Assembly (NCBI GenBank): GCA_963815115.1
Contig: CAWFFN010000005.1
Coordinates: 704,001 to 768,000, forward strand
Reading direction: 5' to 3'
Length of the DNA: 64,000 nt
From: an uncultured delta proteobacterium
Lineage (GTDB): Bacteria; Desulfobacterota; Binatia; DP-6
The stretch's first letter is position 1. Each line of letters begins with the position of its first letter. The notes below the pieces were generated by a model, which was not told where the DNA came from, ran no database searches, and saw only the letters and a program-made list of their open reading frames with translations. Of the stretch, positions 10,822 through 21,473 are shown piece after piece. Both the position numbers and the translations under genes were made by a program.

Positions 10822-13522
10822 CGAGTGGGCCGATCCGCATGCGGCCCTCCACGACGATCGCCCCGCGGCCCGGCTCCAGCACCTTCACCGGGTTCAGCTC
10901 CAGCTCGTGCAGCTCCGGGACGACCTCGACGAGGGCCGAGACACGCTGGATGACCGAAACCAGCGCCGGCCGGTCGCCCGGCGGTGCCCCGCGGTATCCC
11001 GCGAGGAGGCGGGCGGCCCGCAGCTTCGAGAGCATCTCCTCGGCATCCAGATCGGTCACCGGCGGCGGCCGGCAGCTCATGTCGCGCAGCAGCTCGACGA
11101 GCACGCCGCCGAGCCCGCACACCACCAGCGGGCCGAAGGTGGGGTCGCCGGTGACGCCGACGAGCGCCTCGATGCCCCCCTCGACCTGGCGCTGGAGCAG
11201 CACGCCGTCGAGGCGGTAGCCGGCGGCGTCCAGGCGCGCGCCGAGCCGTTCCACCGCCGCGGCCAGCGCCTCGGGGGTCTCGATGCCGAGCTCCACCCCG
11301 TCCACGTCGCGCTTGCGGAAAAGCTCGGGCGCGATGGCCTTGGCCACCAGCGGGTAGCCGATGCGGTGCGCGGCGGCGACGGCGCCCTCGCGCGTGGTGC
11401 GGACGATCTCCGCGAACTCGATGCCGGCCGCCCGCAGCATCGTGGCGAGGTCCTCGGGCTCGAGCCACACCGGGCCGTCGGCTCCCGCGAGCACGCGCTC
11501 GACGACCGCACGGATCGCGTCGCGCGGGAAGCGGCCGAGGCTCAGCGGGACGCCGGGGGCGCGCTGCCGCCAGCGCCCCCAGCGTACGGCGGCGGCGAGT
11601 GCCTCGGCGGCGTTCTCGGGGAAGCTGTACGAGGGGATCGCCCCTCGCGGCCCGCTGCCGAGCAGCGCCGGAGCGCCGCGCGTGGACAGGAAGACCGCGA
11701 GCACCGGCTTCTCCGCGGGCACGGCCGCGGCGCCGCGCGCGATGGCGAGGGCGACGTCCTCTGGACGGGTCACCATGGGCGGCACGTAGATCACGACCAG
11801 CGCGTCGACCGCAGGATCGGCGCCCAGCGCGGCGATGGCGCGCTCGTAGTGCTCCGGGGCGCCCGCGGCGAGCAGGTCGAGCGGATTCGCGAGCCGCGCG
11901 ATCGGTGCGAGGACGTCCCGCAACGCTTCGAGGGTGGCGGGCGCCGGCGGCGGCAGGACGAGCCCGCGGGCCTCGCAGGCGCCGGCGAGCAGCGCACCGG
12001 GGCCGCCGGCATTGGTGACCACGCCGACGCGGTTACCCGGCGGCACCGGCTGCGTGGCGAGCAGCGCGGCGACGTCGACCATGCCTTCGAGCGTCGCCGT
12101 GCGGATCACACCGGCGTGCTCGAAGAGCGCGTCGATCCCGACGTCGAGGCTGTCGAGTGCGGTGGAATGGTCCCGTGCCGGCCGCGTGCCGGCACCCGAG
12201 CGTCCCGATCTGACGGCGACGATCGGCTTCACCCGCGCCACCTCGGGCGCGAGGCGGGCGAACGTGCGCGGGTTCCCGAAGCTGTCGAGGTAGAGCAGCA
12301 CGACCCGCGTGCGCGGGTCCTCGGCCCAGTACGCCAGCAGGTCGTTGCTCGAGACGTCGGCGCGGTTGCCGGCCGACACGAACGTGGACACGCCGAGATT
12401 CAAGCTGTGGAAATGGTCCAGGATGGCGATCCCGAGCGTGCCGCTCTGCGACAGCATGCCGACCGAGCCCGGCGCGGGCCACGCCGCGGCGAAGGTGGCG
12501 TTCAGCGACACCGCCGGGTCCGTGTTGAGGACCCCGAGGCAGTTCGGACCCACGAGCCGCATGCCGGAGCTGCGCACCAGCTCGACCAGCTCGCGCTGGG
12601 CCAGGAGGCCGGCGGCCGACGCCTCGCCGAACCCGGCCGAGACCACGACGACGCCGCGCACGCCGGCACGGGCGCAGTCGCGTACCACGTCGAGCACCGC
12701 GGCGGCGGGCACGGCGATCACCGCGAGATCGACGCGCTCGCCGATGGCGCCCACGCTCGCCCAGCAGCGCAGGCCGTCCACCATGTCGGCGTGCGGGTTC
12801 ACCGGATAGATGGCCCCGGTGAAGCCCGCGCGGCGCAGGTTGCGCAGCAGCGTGCTGCCGATGGTGCCCGCGTGCCGCGACGCGCCCACCAGCGCCACGG
12901 CTCGCGGCCGGAGGATGGCGTCCAGGCTGCGGGCGGCGGCGAAGCGCTCGCGCCGTTCCGTCGCGGCCGCGTGCTCCTCCGTCTCCTCGGTCGGAAAGGT
13001 GACGTGGAACACGCCATCCGCGATCGAGCGCTTCACGCGGAAGCCGCTGCTCGCGAAGACGCGGAGCATGCGGTTGTTCTCGCCCAGCACGTCGGCCTCG
13101 AACTCCGCGATGCCGTTTGCCCGCGCGATGATCGCGAGGTGCGCGAGGAGGAGCGTGCCGAGGCCGCGCCCCTGAAAGACGTCGCCCACCGTGAACGCCA
13201 CCTCGGCACGGTGCGGGGGACGGGGCGAGTCATCCGTCACCGCGTAGCGCGCGACGGCGATGATCCGCTCGTCGCTGCCGACGCGCAGCGTGGTCACCAG
13301 GGCTGCGCGGCGGGCGAAGTCGAGCTCGGTGAACGCGGTCAGCTCTGCGTCGGTGAGCCGCCGCTTGGCCCGGAAGAACCGGAAGTAGACCGCCTCGGGG
13401 CTGAGCTCGGCAAAGCCACGGGCCAGCTCGGCGCGATCCCCCGGCCAGATGGCGCGCACGTGGACCGAGGTGCCGTCCCGCAGGATGACGTCGGCGGCGT
13501 AGTCCCTCCAGGGATCGGCCAT
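10796..13522 (-). CDS. GNAT + NDP-forming acyl-CoA synthetase fusion (Pat-like protein lysine acetyltransferase)
   Basis: N-terminal GNAT ([14 protein letters not shown]), CoA-binding domain (GPNCLG, SQSG), C-terminal ATP-grasp (GDPTFGP, ELELNP). Confidence 0.9.
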
Positions 13523-13616
13523 CGGGTGCGCCGGATCATAGGGGGCTTCCTCGCTCCGGTCATCCGGGCACGGTGGCGAACGACCCGCGGAGCCGGCTAC
13601 AACCTGCGCCGCGGAC

Positions 13617-14141
13617 ATGTGGTACTTCGCGTACGGCTCGAACATGCAGAGCGACACGCTGCGAGGCCGGCGTGGGATCGGCTACCGGCGCGCGATCGGC
13701 GTCCGCGCTCCCGGCTGGCGTGTGGTGTTCGACAAGCCGCCGCTGTTCCCGATCGGAGAGGCCTTCGCCAACATCGTCGCCGAGCCCGGCACCGCGGCGC
13801 TCGGCGTCGCCTTCGAGGTGAGCGCGGACGAGCTGGCGCACGTCGAGCTGTCCGAGGGCGTGACGCTCGGGAACTATCACCGCGTGCTGCTCGAGGTCGA
13901 GCCGCTCGCGCCCGTCCCAGACCCGCCGCGGACGGCGGTCTCGCTCACCTCGGAGCGCCGTGATCCGACGCTGCGGCCGTCGACGCGCTACATGGCGCTG
14001 GTGGTCGCGGGTGCACACGAGCACGGCCTGCCGCCCGAGTACGTGGACGAGCTGCGCGCGGTTCCCGCCAACCAGCCGACCGAGGTCGCGCTCGCGTTCC
14101 GGCCGCTGCTGGATGCCGGCCTGCGCCGGTGGCGGCGCTAG
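13617..14141 (+). CDS. Gamma-glutamylcyclotransferase family protein
   Basis: YFAYGSNM N-terminal motif; PSTRYM...GAHEHGLPPEY. Confidence 0.88.
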   Translation: MWYFAYGSNMQSDTLRGRRGIGYRRAIGVRAPGWRVVFDKPPLFPIGEAFANIVAEPGTAALGVAFEVSADELAHVELSEGVTLGNYHRVLLEVEPLAPVPDPPRTAVSLTSERRDPTLRPSTRYMALVVAGAHEHGLPPEYVDELRAVPANQPTEVALAFRPLLDAGLRRWRR

Positions 14142-16321
14142 GAAGCCGCACCGGCACGCCGACGTCGGTGCACGACGAACCCGATCAGCGCGCCGAGCGT
14201 GACGAGCGACAGCGCCGCCCCCACCCGGAGGCTCGCCGGGGCGTAGGAGAACTCCACCACGTGGTCGCCCGGCTCGAGCGCAACGCCCCGGAAGAGGTAG
14301 TCGGCGCGTAGCACGGGGCGCTTCTCGCCGTCGACCGTGACCCGCCATCCGGGCCAGTGGAGGTCGGCGAGGACCAGCACGGCTGGGCGTGGCGACTGCA
14401 CGCGCAGGCGCGCCCGCTCCGGCGACAGCTCCTGCCAGGCGATTGCCTCGGCCGCTGGCGCGGCGCCATCGGAGCGCCACTCGATCTCGCGGTCGACGAG
14501 AACGAGCGTCCGGGGATCGAAGTCGCCCTGCCGTACCCTGGCGAGCGCGGTGTCGGGGTCGCGAACGACCTCGTGTCGGGGAACGAGATAGGCGCGGGGC
14601 AGGCTCCGCAGGTTCTCCCACACGCGCATCGTCCCGGCATCGGCGACCAGTCGCAGGCGCGGCGCGATGCGGACCGGCCACTGGTGTGCTGCACCGGCGA
14701 CGATCCAGCGGGTGGCGAGCATGTCGAGGCTGCGCCAGCCCGCCTCGGTGATCGGGGGAAGAAAGCGGCCCCCGAACATGGTGGGATCGATCTGCGTGAG
14801 ATTCATGGCGGCGAGGAAGCGTTCGTACTCGCGCGGGAGCAGCGAATCCTGATCCTGCACGACGGGATAGCGATAGAGCGAGCCCGACTTCTCCATGGTG
14901 AGAAAGCGCTCGGCCATGTTCTTGACGATCAGCGTGCGCTCCTCGCCGCCTTGCTCCCGGAGAACCGACACGAACGGAGGCGCGGCGAAGAACGACCGCG
15001 GGTTGTTCTGCGGGATCATCATCTGACTGCCCGGCTGCGCGAAGCGCTCGACCGCGGCGAGGCCGACCAGCGCGACGGCCGCGACGGCGCCCGCGCGCCG
15101 CCCGGGCAGGAGCGGCAGCGCCACGATGGCCGCCAGCACGAGGAGGGCCGTGCGGCCAGGGCTGGCAAAGCGGATCCATCCGAGCGCGACGACCAGCATG
15201 CACGCAGCCGCGGTCACTCTCCGGACGATGGAGCGCCGCGCGGTCGCCCGCAGCACGTCGAGCCCGACGGCGGCGAGTACTGCCGCAATGGCCGCCGCGA
15301 TGATGATCGTGCGGCTGACGACCCGGAACCGGGCGACGCCGGGCAGGTGGAAGAACCCTCGCGTGTAGAGGGGCGTGCCGAAGCCGACGAGGAGGCAGAG
15401 CACGACGACCACGAGGGCCGGAATCACGATCGCGCGACGGGATGAATCGGCGAGAGCGGCGAGGGCCAGGATGATCGCCGGCCCGCAGCTCACCGCGACC
15501 AGGAGGGTGAACGCCCACGCGGGCTCGCCGGGAATCGTCTCCGCGAGCGTCAGCGGACCGCGCGCGGCGTGCCCCATCAGCTCGAGGGTCGGGAGCAGCT
15601 GCACCGCCGAGACCAGGAGCGCGACCAGCCCGGCCAGCGCCAGGCAGCCTGCCACGGTCGCCAGATGGCGCAGCTCGCGGGGCTTGCGCGATGCGATGTG
15701 GACCAACGCTCCCGCGAGCACCGCGTAGGCCGTGTAGCAGACGATCTGCGGATGGCCGGTGAGCAGCTGGAGCGCCGTCACGCCCCCGAGCGCGAGCGCT
15801 CCCGCGACGGTCGGGCGATGGATGACGCGGGCTGCGCACAGGAGCACCGCCGGGATCCACGCATGCCCGGCGAGGTACGACGGGTGGATGCGCGAGAAGA
15901 GCAGCATGTCGTTCAGCATGAAGAGGATCGCCGCGAGCACGGCCGCGGCGCGCGACAGCGCGAGCGCCCGCGCGGCCGCGAAGGTGAAGCAGCCCGCCAG
16001 GCCGAGGTGAAAGGCGCACAGCCAGCCCAGGGCCAGATTCACGGGCAGGATCGCGGCGATGAGGTTCGGGGGATAGAGCGGGCCGCCGTTCCAGCTCGCC
16101 AGGGCGGGCATGCCGGCGAGCTGATACGGGTTCCAGCGCGGCAAGAGCTCCGCGGAGTGGTACAGGTACGAGAAGACCGGGTAGTAGATCGTGTAGAGAT
16201 CGCTGTTCCAGAGGTCGATCCCCTTGGGGAGATGGACCGGGCCGACGATCCGCCACTGCCAGAAGGCGAACGCCGTGGCGAAGATCAGGCCCGCGAGGAC
16301 GATCGACGCGCGGCGCGCCAT
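14138..16321 (-). CDS. YfhO family polytopic membrane protein (GT-C-like glycosyltransferase)
   Basis: WNPYQLAGMP, many TM helices, C-terminal WPGWRVTVDG...RGVALEPGDHVVEFSYAP. Confidence 0.88.
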   Translation of the reverse strand: MARRASIVLAGLIFATAFAFWQWRIVGPVHLPKGIDLWNSDLYTIYYPVFSYLYHSAELLPRWNPYQLAGMPALASWNGGPLYPPNLIAAILPVNLALGWLCAFHLGLAGCFTFAAARALALSRAAAVLAAILFMLNDMLLFSRIHPSYLAGHAWIPAVLLCAARVIHRPTVAGALALGGVTALQLLTGHPQIVCYTAYAVLAGALVHIASRKPRELRHLATVAGCLALAGLVALLVSAVQLLPTLELMGHAARGPLTLAETIPGEPAWAFTLLVAVSCGPAIILALAALADSSRRAIVIPALVVVVLCLLVGFGTPLYTRGFFHLPGVARFRVVSRTIIIAAAIAAVLAAVGLDVLRATARRSIVRRVTAAACMLVVALGWIRFASPGRTALLVLAAIVALPLLPGRRAGAVAAVALVGLAAVERFAQPGSQMMIPQNNPRSFFAAPPFVSVLREQGGEERTLIVKNMAERFLTMEKSGSLYRYPVVQDQDSLLPREYERFLAAMNLTQIDPTMFGGRFLPPITEAGWRSLDMLATRWIVAGAAHQWPVRIAPRLRLVADAGTMRVWENLRSLPRAYLVPRHEVVRDPDTALARVRQGDFDPRTLVLVDREIEWRSDGAAPAAEAIAWQELSPERARLRVQSPRPAVLVLADLHWPGWRVTVDGEKRPVLRADYLFRGVALEPGDHVVEFSYAPASLRVGAALSLVTLGALIGFVVHRRRRAGAAS

Positions 16322-16333
16322 TGCGAGTGCGCG

Positions 16334-17599
16334 TCAGCCGCCGTCGAGGGCGCGCTCGAAGGCCGCTCGCTCCCGCGGGTCGAAGGGCGGGCTCGGCGGC
16401 GTGTCGTCGTGGCGGTCGTCGAGGTAGCCCGCCGGGAGCTGCACGCGCCGCTGCGCCCGGGCGTCCTTCACGCGATTCGAGCGCATGGTGACCGTAGGAA
16501 ACGGCTCCTCGGGATCGACACGGCCGACGATGGCCAGCATCTCCTCGACGCTCTCGATGGAGACCAGCGCGCCGCGCACCGCCGCCGAGTTCTGGAATCC
16601 CGCGGTGTACCAGGCGCACCACTTGCGCATCTGGCGGATGCCGTTCAGCGGACCGAAGAAATCGACGAGCAGCTCGGCGTGGCGCCGCATGAGGGCGGCG
16701 ATGTCGCCGAAGCGCGGCTGCGGGGCCGGCTCGCGCCCGTCGAACACCGCGGCTAGCTCGGCGAACAGCCACGGCCGCCGCAGGCAGCCCCGGCCGACGA
16801 TGACGCCGTCGCAGCCGGTGGCGCGCAGCATGCGCAGCGCGTCCCAGCACTCCCACACGTCGCCGTTGCCGAGCACGGGGATCGACACCGCGGCCTTGAG
16901 CGCGCCGATGGCGTCCCAGTCGGCCTCGCCGGAGTAGAGCTGGGCCGCGGTGCGCGCGTGCAGTCCGATGGCGACGGCGCCCTCCGCCTCGGCGACGCGG
17001 CCGGAGTCGAGGAACGTGAGCAAGCGGTCGTCGATGCCCTTGCGCACCTTGACCGTGACCGGCACCTGTCCGGCGCCCCGTACCGTCGCGGCGACCAGCC
17101 GGGCCATCAAGCGAGAGCGCAGCGGGATCGCGCTCCCGCCGCCGTGCCGCGTCACCTTGGGCACCGGGCAGCCGAAGTTGAGGTCGAGGTGCTCGACGCC
17201 CTCGGCGACCAGCAGGCGCGCGGTCTCCTCGAGGTCGGACGGATTGCTGCCGTAGAGCTGCACCGAGCGCGGGCGCTCGCCCGGGCGGCTCGAGGCGAGC
17301 AGGCGCGTCATGTGGTTGCCTTCCAGGAAGCCGCGCGCGGTGATCATCTCGGAGACGTAGAGGCCGGCGCCGAACTCGCGGCAGAGCGTGCGGAACGGGT
17401 AGTTGGTGACGCCCGCCATGGGCGCCAGCACGACGGGAGGCCAGATGCCGAGCGAGCCCAGCGCGAGCGGGCGGAACTCACCGGGCCGTGCGACGGGCAC
17501 GTCGCGGTTGCGCGGCGTCGCGTCCCGGCCGGCGGTCCCGGGTGCCCGGTCGGGCCCGGGAATGATCGGCGAACGCTGCTCGACGGGTGCGACTTTCAC
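16334..17599 (-). CDS. dusB: tRNA-dihydrouridine synthase DusB (start uncertain: 17599 or 17500)
   Basis: LAPMAGVT, DLNFGCPVPKV, VTVKVRKG, LHART, GNGDV motifs. Confidence 0.93.
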   Translation of the reverse strand: MKVAPVEQRSPIIPGPDRAPGTAGRDATPRNRDVPVARPGEFRPLALGSLGIWPPVVLAPMAGVTNYPFRTLCREFGAGLYVSEMITARGFLEGNHMTRLLASSRPGERPRSVQLYGSNPSDLEETARLLVAEGVEHLDLNFGCPVPKVTRHGGGSAIPLRSRLMARLVAATVRGAGQVPVTVKVRKGIDDRLLTFLDSGRVAEAEGAVAIGLHARTAAQLYSGEADWDAIGALKAAVSIPVLGNGDVWECWDALRMLRATGCDGVIVGRGCLRRPWLFAELAAVFDGREPAPQPRFGDIAALMRRHAELLVDFFGPLNGIRQMRKWCAWYTAGFQNSAAVRGALVSIESVEEMLAIVGRVDPEEPFPTVTMRSNRVKDARAQRRVQLPAGYLDDRHDDTPPSPPFDPRERAAFERALDGG

Positions 17600-17711
17600 G
17601 CTGTCTCCGAGGGACCTCTGTCTAGCCGACGGCCGTCGAGTTGTCATGTCGCGTCGGCAAAGCCACCGGCGGCGTGGTTCCTCCCGGGACCGCACCTGCT
17701 AAAACGACGCG

Positions 17712-18470
17712 GTGTCCGAGGCCTACGACGGCTTCGCTTCCCACTTCGACGCCTGGCAGCAGGCCTTCGGCGGCGCGTACGACGACCTCATCTTGCCGCG
17801 CCTCCTGGCGGCCCTCGCACGCCATCCGCGGCCGGTGCGGCGCGTGATCGATCTCGGCATCGGGACCGGTGATCTGGTGGTGGCCCTCGCGCGCGCCGGC
17901 TACACGGTCGTCGGTGTCGACCGCTCGCGGCCGATGCTCGACGTTGCGCGCGCGAAGGTCGCGGCGGCAGGGCTCGGCACGGCAGCGACGCTGCTGCACC
18001 AGGACATCCGCGCGCTGCGACTCGACGCGCCCGCGGATGCCGCCTGCTGCGTCTATACCGTCGCCAACCAGCTCACCGGCGACGACGACCTCGCGCGCGC
18101 GCTGTCGGCGGTGCGCCAGGCGCTCGTACCCGGCGGCCTGCTGCTGTGCGAGGTCAATCTCCCGGAAGCGTACGCGCGCTACTGGAGCGGGGTGGAGACG
18201 ATCACGCTGCCGGACGCGGTCGTGACGCGCGAGCACGTCCACCTCGCGGGGTCCGCGACCCTGGAAGCCCGCGTCACCATCCGCCGCCACGACGGCACGA
18301 CGGTGTGCGATCGGATCGCGCAGCGGCCATACGGCGACGCCGAGCTGGAGGCCGCATTCACCGGCGCCGGCTTCGGCGTGGCCGGCGTGGAGCGCTTCAA
18401 CCCCTTCGACGCCGCCGGCCCGGCCGTGAAGGCGCTGTGGAACGCTCAGCGTCTGCCGGGGCGCGCGTAG
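17712..18470 (+). CDS. Class I SAM-dependent methyltransferase
   Basis: VIDLGIGTG, VGVDRSRPML, LVPGGLL motifs. Confidence 0.88.
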   Translation: MSEAYDGFASHFDAWQQAFGGAYDDLILPRLLAALARHPRPVRRVIDLGIGTGDLVVALARAGYTVVGVDRSRPMLDVARAKVAAAGLGTAATLLHQDIRALRLDAPADAACCVYTVANQLTGDDDLARALSAVRQALVPGGLLLCEVNLPEAYARYWSGVETITLPDAVVTREHVHLAGSATLEARVTIRRHDGTTVCDRIAQRPYGDAELEAAFTGAGFGVAGVERFNPFDAAGPAVKALWNAQRLPGRA

Positions 18471-19114
18471 CTGGTGCGATCGCGAACGTTCGCCGCGGCG
18501 AAGGCCTCGACACGCTCGCGGCACTTGTTGCAGTCGCCGCAATGACGTCCATCGGGCGTGGGGCGCAGGCAGGAGAGCGTCAGCTCGAGCGGCAGATCGC
18601 TCCCGCGCCGGATGACCTCCGGCTTGCTGAGCTCGCGGTAAGGCGCCACGACCGCGAGCGGTGCTCGCAGCGCCTCCGAGGCGACGGCGGCGATGCCCGA
18701 GAAGAAGTGATGGGTGGCGTCCGGGAACGGGTTGCCCGCCAGCGAGCCGAGAGCGAGCGTCGGCCAGCCCTCGATGGCGGCGGCCACCAGCGCCTTCGAG
18801 AGCAGGACCAGGTTGCGGCCGCGAAGCTCGACGGCCTCGTCCGGCGCTCCCCACTCCGGTGTACCCTGGCCGCTCATGCTCCAGTGCGTGCCGTAGACGT
18901 CCGCCATGGGAAGCGTCAGATCTCGCGGCGGGGCCACCCGGGGCTCACCGACCGCATGGAGAAAACGCCCGAGGGCGGAGCGCTCGGCATCTTCCCAGGG
19001 ATGTCCGGCGCGCACGAAGAGCGGCACGGCGCGCCCCGTGCTGCGGGCCAGGTCGACGAGGAGCACGGCCGAATCGAGGCCGCCGGAGCACAAGACGGCG
19101 ACGGGGGGTCGCAT
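18446..19114 (-). CDS. queC: 7-cyano-7-deazaguanine synthase-like PP-loop ATPase
   Basis: CSGGLDS PP-loop, GRN, Zn site SC-x8-CGDCNKCRER. Confidence 0.85.
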   Translation of the reverse strand: MRPPVAVLCSGGLDSAVLLVDLARSTGRAVPLFVRAGHPWEDAERSALGRFLHAVGEPRVAPPRDLTLPMADVYGTHWSMSGQGTPEWGAPDEAVELRGRNLVLLSKALVAAAIEGWPTLALGSLAGNPFPDATHHFFSGIAAVASEALRAPLAVVAPYRELSKPEVIRRGSDLPLELTLSCLRPTPDGRHCGDCNKCRERVEAFAAANVRDRTSYARPGRR

Positions 19115-19192
19115 CGGCCTGGCGACTACCATGCGACCGGGAGCAGTCAAGGCGAGGCGACCCCTGGCGCTCCCGGTACCTCCGCTCCCCTG

Positions 19193-19217
19193 GTAACCTG
19201 GGATGGTCGGCGCCGTA
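19193..19217 (+). promoter_or_regulatory. Putative ECF (SigF/EcfF-type) promoter upstream of sigma/NrsF pair
   Basis: GTAACC-N15-CGTA; the same motif recurs at 20439. Confidence 0.55.
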
Positions 19218-19768
19218 TGATGCCTGCGAGGGACGACGATGCCACGAGTGGGCGTAGCCGCCAGCGGGCGGAGTGCATGGCTCGCGCGCAGGGGGGAGAT
19301 CGCGACGCCTATCGCATGCTCCTCGAGGAGATAGGTCCCATCGTGCTCGGATGGCTTCGTCGCTGGCTGGCGGATCCGGAGGACCTCGCAGATGTCTATC
19401 AGGACACGCTCGTCCACCTGCACCAGGCCCGGCACACCTACGATCCCGCCCGCCCCTTCGAGCCCTGGCTGTTCGCGATCGCGCGCAACGCCGCCGCCGA
19501 CCACGGCCGGCGGCGGCGCCGCGAGCGCACCTGGGAGACCGTCGTCGACCAGCTGCCCGACGTGGCCATGGAGGGGGGGGCGTTCGAGCCGGCGCTTGCC
19601 GAGGCGCTGCGGGCGTTGCCCCGACCGCAGCGCGAAGCGTTCACCATGCTGAAGCTCGAGGGGCTGTCGGTGGGCGTGGCGGCGGCTCGCGCCGGGGTGA
19701 CTCCGGGGGCGCTCAAGGTGCGGGCCCACCGGGCCTACAAGGCGCTGAAGGCGCTGCTGGGGAGCTGA
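19217..19768 (+). CDS. ECF sigma factor (SigF/ECF16-like); start uncertain
   Basis: MARAQGGDRDAY, HQARHTYDPARPFEPWLFAIARN, region 4 ALKVRAHRAYKAL. Confidence 0.92.
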   Translation: MMPARDDDATSGRSRQRAECMARAQGGDRDAYRMLLEEIGPIVLGWLRRWLADPEDLADVYQDTLVHLHQARHTYDPARPFEPWLFAIARNAAADHGRRRRRERTWETVVDQLPDVAMEGGAFEPALAEALRALPRPQREAFTMLKLEGLSVGVAAARAGVTPGALKVRAHRAYKALKALLGS

Positions 19769-19771
19769 GCG

Positions 19772-20428
19772 ATGCAGGAGCCCAGCTGGCAGGACGAGCT
19801 CGTCGACCGCCTGGTGACGGACGCCCGCCCCGTGCGGCCTCTCTGGCCCCCCGGAGCGCGCCTGGCCGTGTGGCTCGCGGTCGTCGCGCTGGTCGCGGTC
19901 GTGGTGGGGAGGCCCTACCTCCGATCCGACGTGGCACGCCGGTTGGCGTCGCCGACGTTCCTGCTCGAGATGGCCGCGATGCTGCTCGCGGGCAGCCTGC
20001 TCGGACTCGAAGCGCTGCGGGCTGCCGTCCCCGGGTGTCGGCCCAACCGGCCCGCGATCGGTGTCGCCATCGCGGCGGTGGCGCTCGTCGGCATCCTGCA
20101 GCTCCGCCAGCCCATCCACTGGGGCTGGACGCCGGACTTCTTCCTCCAGCTGGGTGAGCTGTGCCTCTGGCGGACGGCGGGGCTCGTGGTCGTCCCCTGG
20201 GTTTGGCTCCTCGCCGCCGTGCGCCGGGGGGCTCCCCTCGCCACCGCACGTGCGGCCGCGCTGGCCGGCGCGGCCGCATTCGGACTGACGTTCGTGATCA
20301 TGCGGTTCTGCTGCCGGACGGACGAGCTGCTGCATCTGACGGTGTTCCACGTGCTGCCGGTGCTGGTTGGCACCGCACTGTCGGCCGGGCTCGGTCTGCT
20401 GCTCCTGGGACGCTGGCGACCCTCCTGA
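19772..20428 (+). CDS. nrsF: NrsF (DUF1109) membrane anti-sigma factor
   Basis: LVDRLVTDARPVRPL start, ~6 TM helices, AVPG, RRGAP, conserved Cys and H-x4-H; directly follows SigF-like gene. Confidence 0.85.
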   Translation: MQEPSWQDELVDRLVTDARPVRPLWPPGARLAVWLAVVALVAVVVGRPYLRSDVARRLASPTFLLEMAAMLLAGSLLGLEALRAAVPGCRPNRPAIGVAIAAVALVGILQLRQPIHWGWTPDFFLQLGELCLWRTAGLVVVPWVWLLAAVRRGAPLATARAAALAGAAAFGLTFVIMRFCCRTDELLHLTVFHVLPVLVGTALSAGLGLLLLGRWRPS

Positions 20429-20438
20429 GCTGGCCGGC

Positions 20439-20464
20439 GTAACCATCGCCCGCCTCCATTCGTA
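20439..20464 (+). promoter_or_regulatory. Putative SigF-type ECF promoter upstream of second sigma factor
   Basis: GTAACC-N16-CGTA, close to the SigF/EcfF consensus GTAACC-N16-CGAA (recalled, not computed). Confidence 0.65.
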
Positions 20465-20481
20465 CCTCTCCTCGTAACCGT

Positions 20482-21051
20482 ATGGCGTGGGCAGTGAAGC
20501 CCGCAGACAACCCCCGTTCGTGCTGCGGGGCCGAGCGGCAAGCGATCGAGCATGCGATCGATCACGGGCACGCCCGCCTGGTGGCGGTGGCCCGTCGACT
20601 GCTGCGGGACGAGGACGAAGCTCGCGAGGCAGTGCAGGATGCCTGCGTTCTCGCCCTCCGGGGCAGCGCGGGCTTCGCGCACCGGGCCCGGGCGTCGACC
20701 TGGCTGCATCGTATCGTGGTCAACGTGGCGCTGCTGCGGCTTCGTGCCCGCCGCCGGGGGGCCTCGGCCGCGCTGGACGCCGGCGTCTCGGCGGCCCTGC
20801 GCACGGCCGATTCGGCGGAGGAGGTCGTGGCCCGCGCCCAGCTGCGTCAGATGGTTCGCCGGGCCGTTGAAGCCCTGCCCGAGCGCTATCGTGCCGTGCT
20901 CGTGCTCCGCGACCTGCGCGACCGGGGAACGGCGGAGACGGCCGGCGCGCTCGGCCTCACGACGAACGCCGCCAAGATCCGCCTCCATCGTGCGCGCCAG
21001 GCGCTGCGCGGTGCGCTCGCTCCGCACGACCTCGTCGAGGTGGTCGCATGA
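20482..21051 (+). CDS. ECF sigma factor (orphan, no adjacent anti-sigma)
   Basis: EAREAVQDA, STWLHRIVVN, ALPERYRAVLVLRD, KIRLHRARQALR. Confidence 0.88.
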   Translation: MAWAVKPADNPRSCCGAERQAIEHAIDHGHARLVAVARRLLRDEDEAREAVQDACVLALRGSAGFAHRARASTWLHRIVVNVALLRLRARRRGASAALDAGVSAALRTADSAEEVVARAQLRQMVRRAVEALPERYRAVLVLRDLRDRGTAETAGALGLTTNAAKIRLHRARQALRGALAPHDLVEVVA

Positions 21052-21368
21052 ACGCCCTCAGCCGGCGCCGCGGGCAGCCACCGGGCGAGTCGCGTCGCAG
21101 CCGCATGCCGGTCGCTCTGCGTGGCCAGCCGCTGACCGGCGAGCTCCAGCTCCGGCTCGCCGTGCTCGAGGACTGTCTGCGCAGCCTGCTCCTCACCCGT
21201 GGCAACGCCGCCGGGCGGCGGCGCCGTCGCGAGCTGGCCTGGATCGAGAGCCGCGACCGCGACGCGCCCTTCGCTTTCGAGAGCCTCTGCGACGCGCTCG
21301 GCATCGACGCCAATCGCCTGCGGCGTCGGGTGCACGTCGCGCTTGGACCCTCCGATCGGCTGTGCTAG
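21048..21368 (+). CDS. Small hypothetical protein (LAVLED...W...PFxF..LC..L.ID family), paralogue of 45256..45666
   Basis: ATGA overlap with sigma gene; clear motif similarity to the second copy. Confidence 0.75.
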   Translation: MNALSRRRGQPPGESRRSRMPVALRGQPLTGELQLRLAVLEDCLRSLLLTRGNAAGRRRRRELAWIESRDRDAPFAFESLCDALGIDANRLRRRVHVALGPSDRLC

Positions 21369-21373
21369 GCGAG

Positions 21374-21469
21374 CGATCCGAGACTCCGTCGCGAGCATGG
21401 CACGAAACCGGTCCACCGAACGCCTCACCCTCGCCTCCGCTTGCGACCCGAGACCAAGTCTCGGGTCGC
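21374..21469 (-). repeat. Nested-palindrome repeat, short internally deleted copy D
   Basis: GCGACCCGAGAC-CAA-GTCTCGGGTCGC hairpin; reverse complement matches both ends of copy B (gcggaggcgagggtgXggcgttcggtg and tcgtgccatgctcgc). Confidence 0.85.
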
Positions 21470-21473
21470 GCTG

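Noticed and set aside
18446-19114. QueC-like gene as part of a Qat, CBASS or Dpd defence system
   Set aside because: No TatD, ATPase, cyclase or dpd genes nearby; context is housekeeping.
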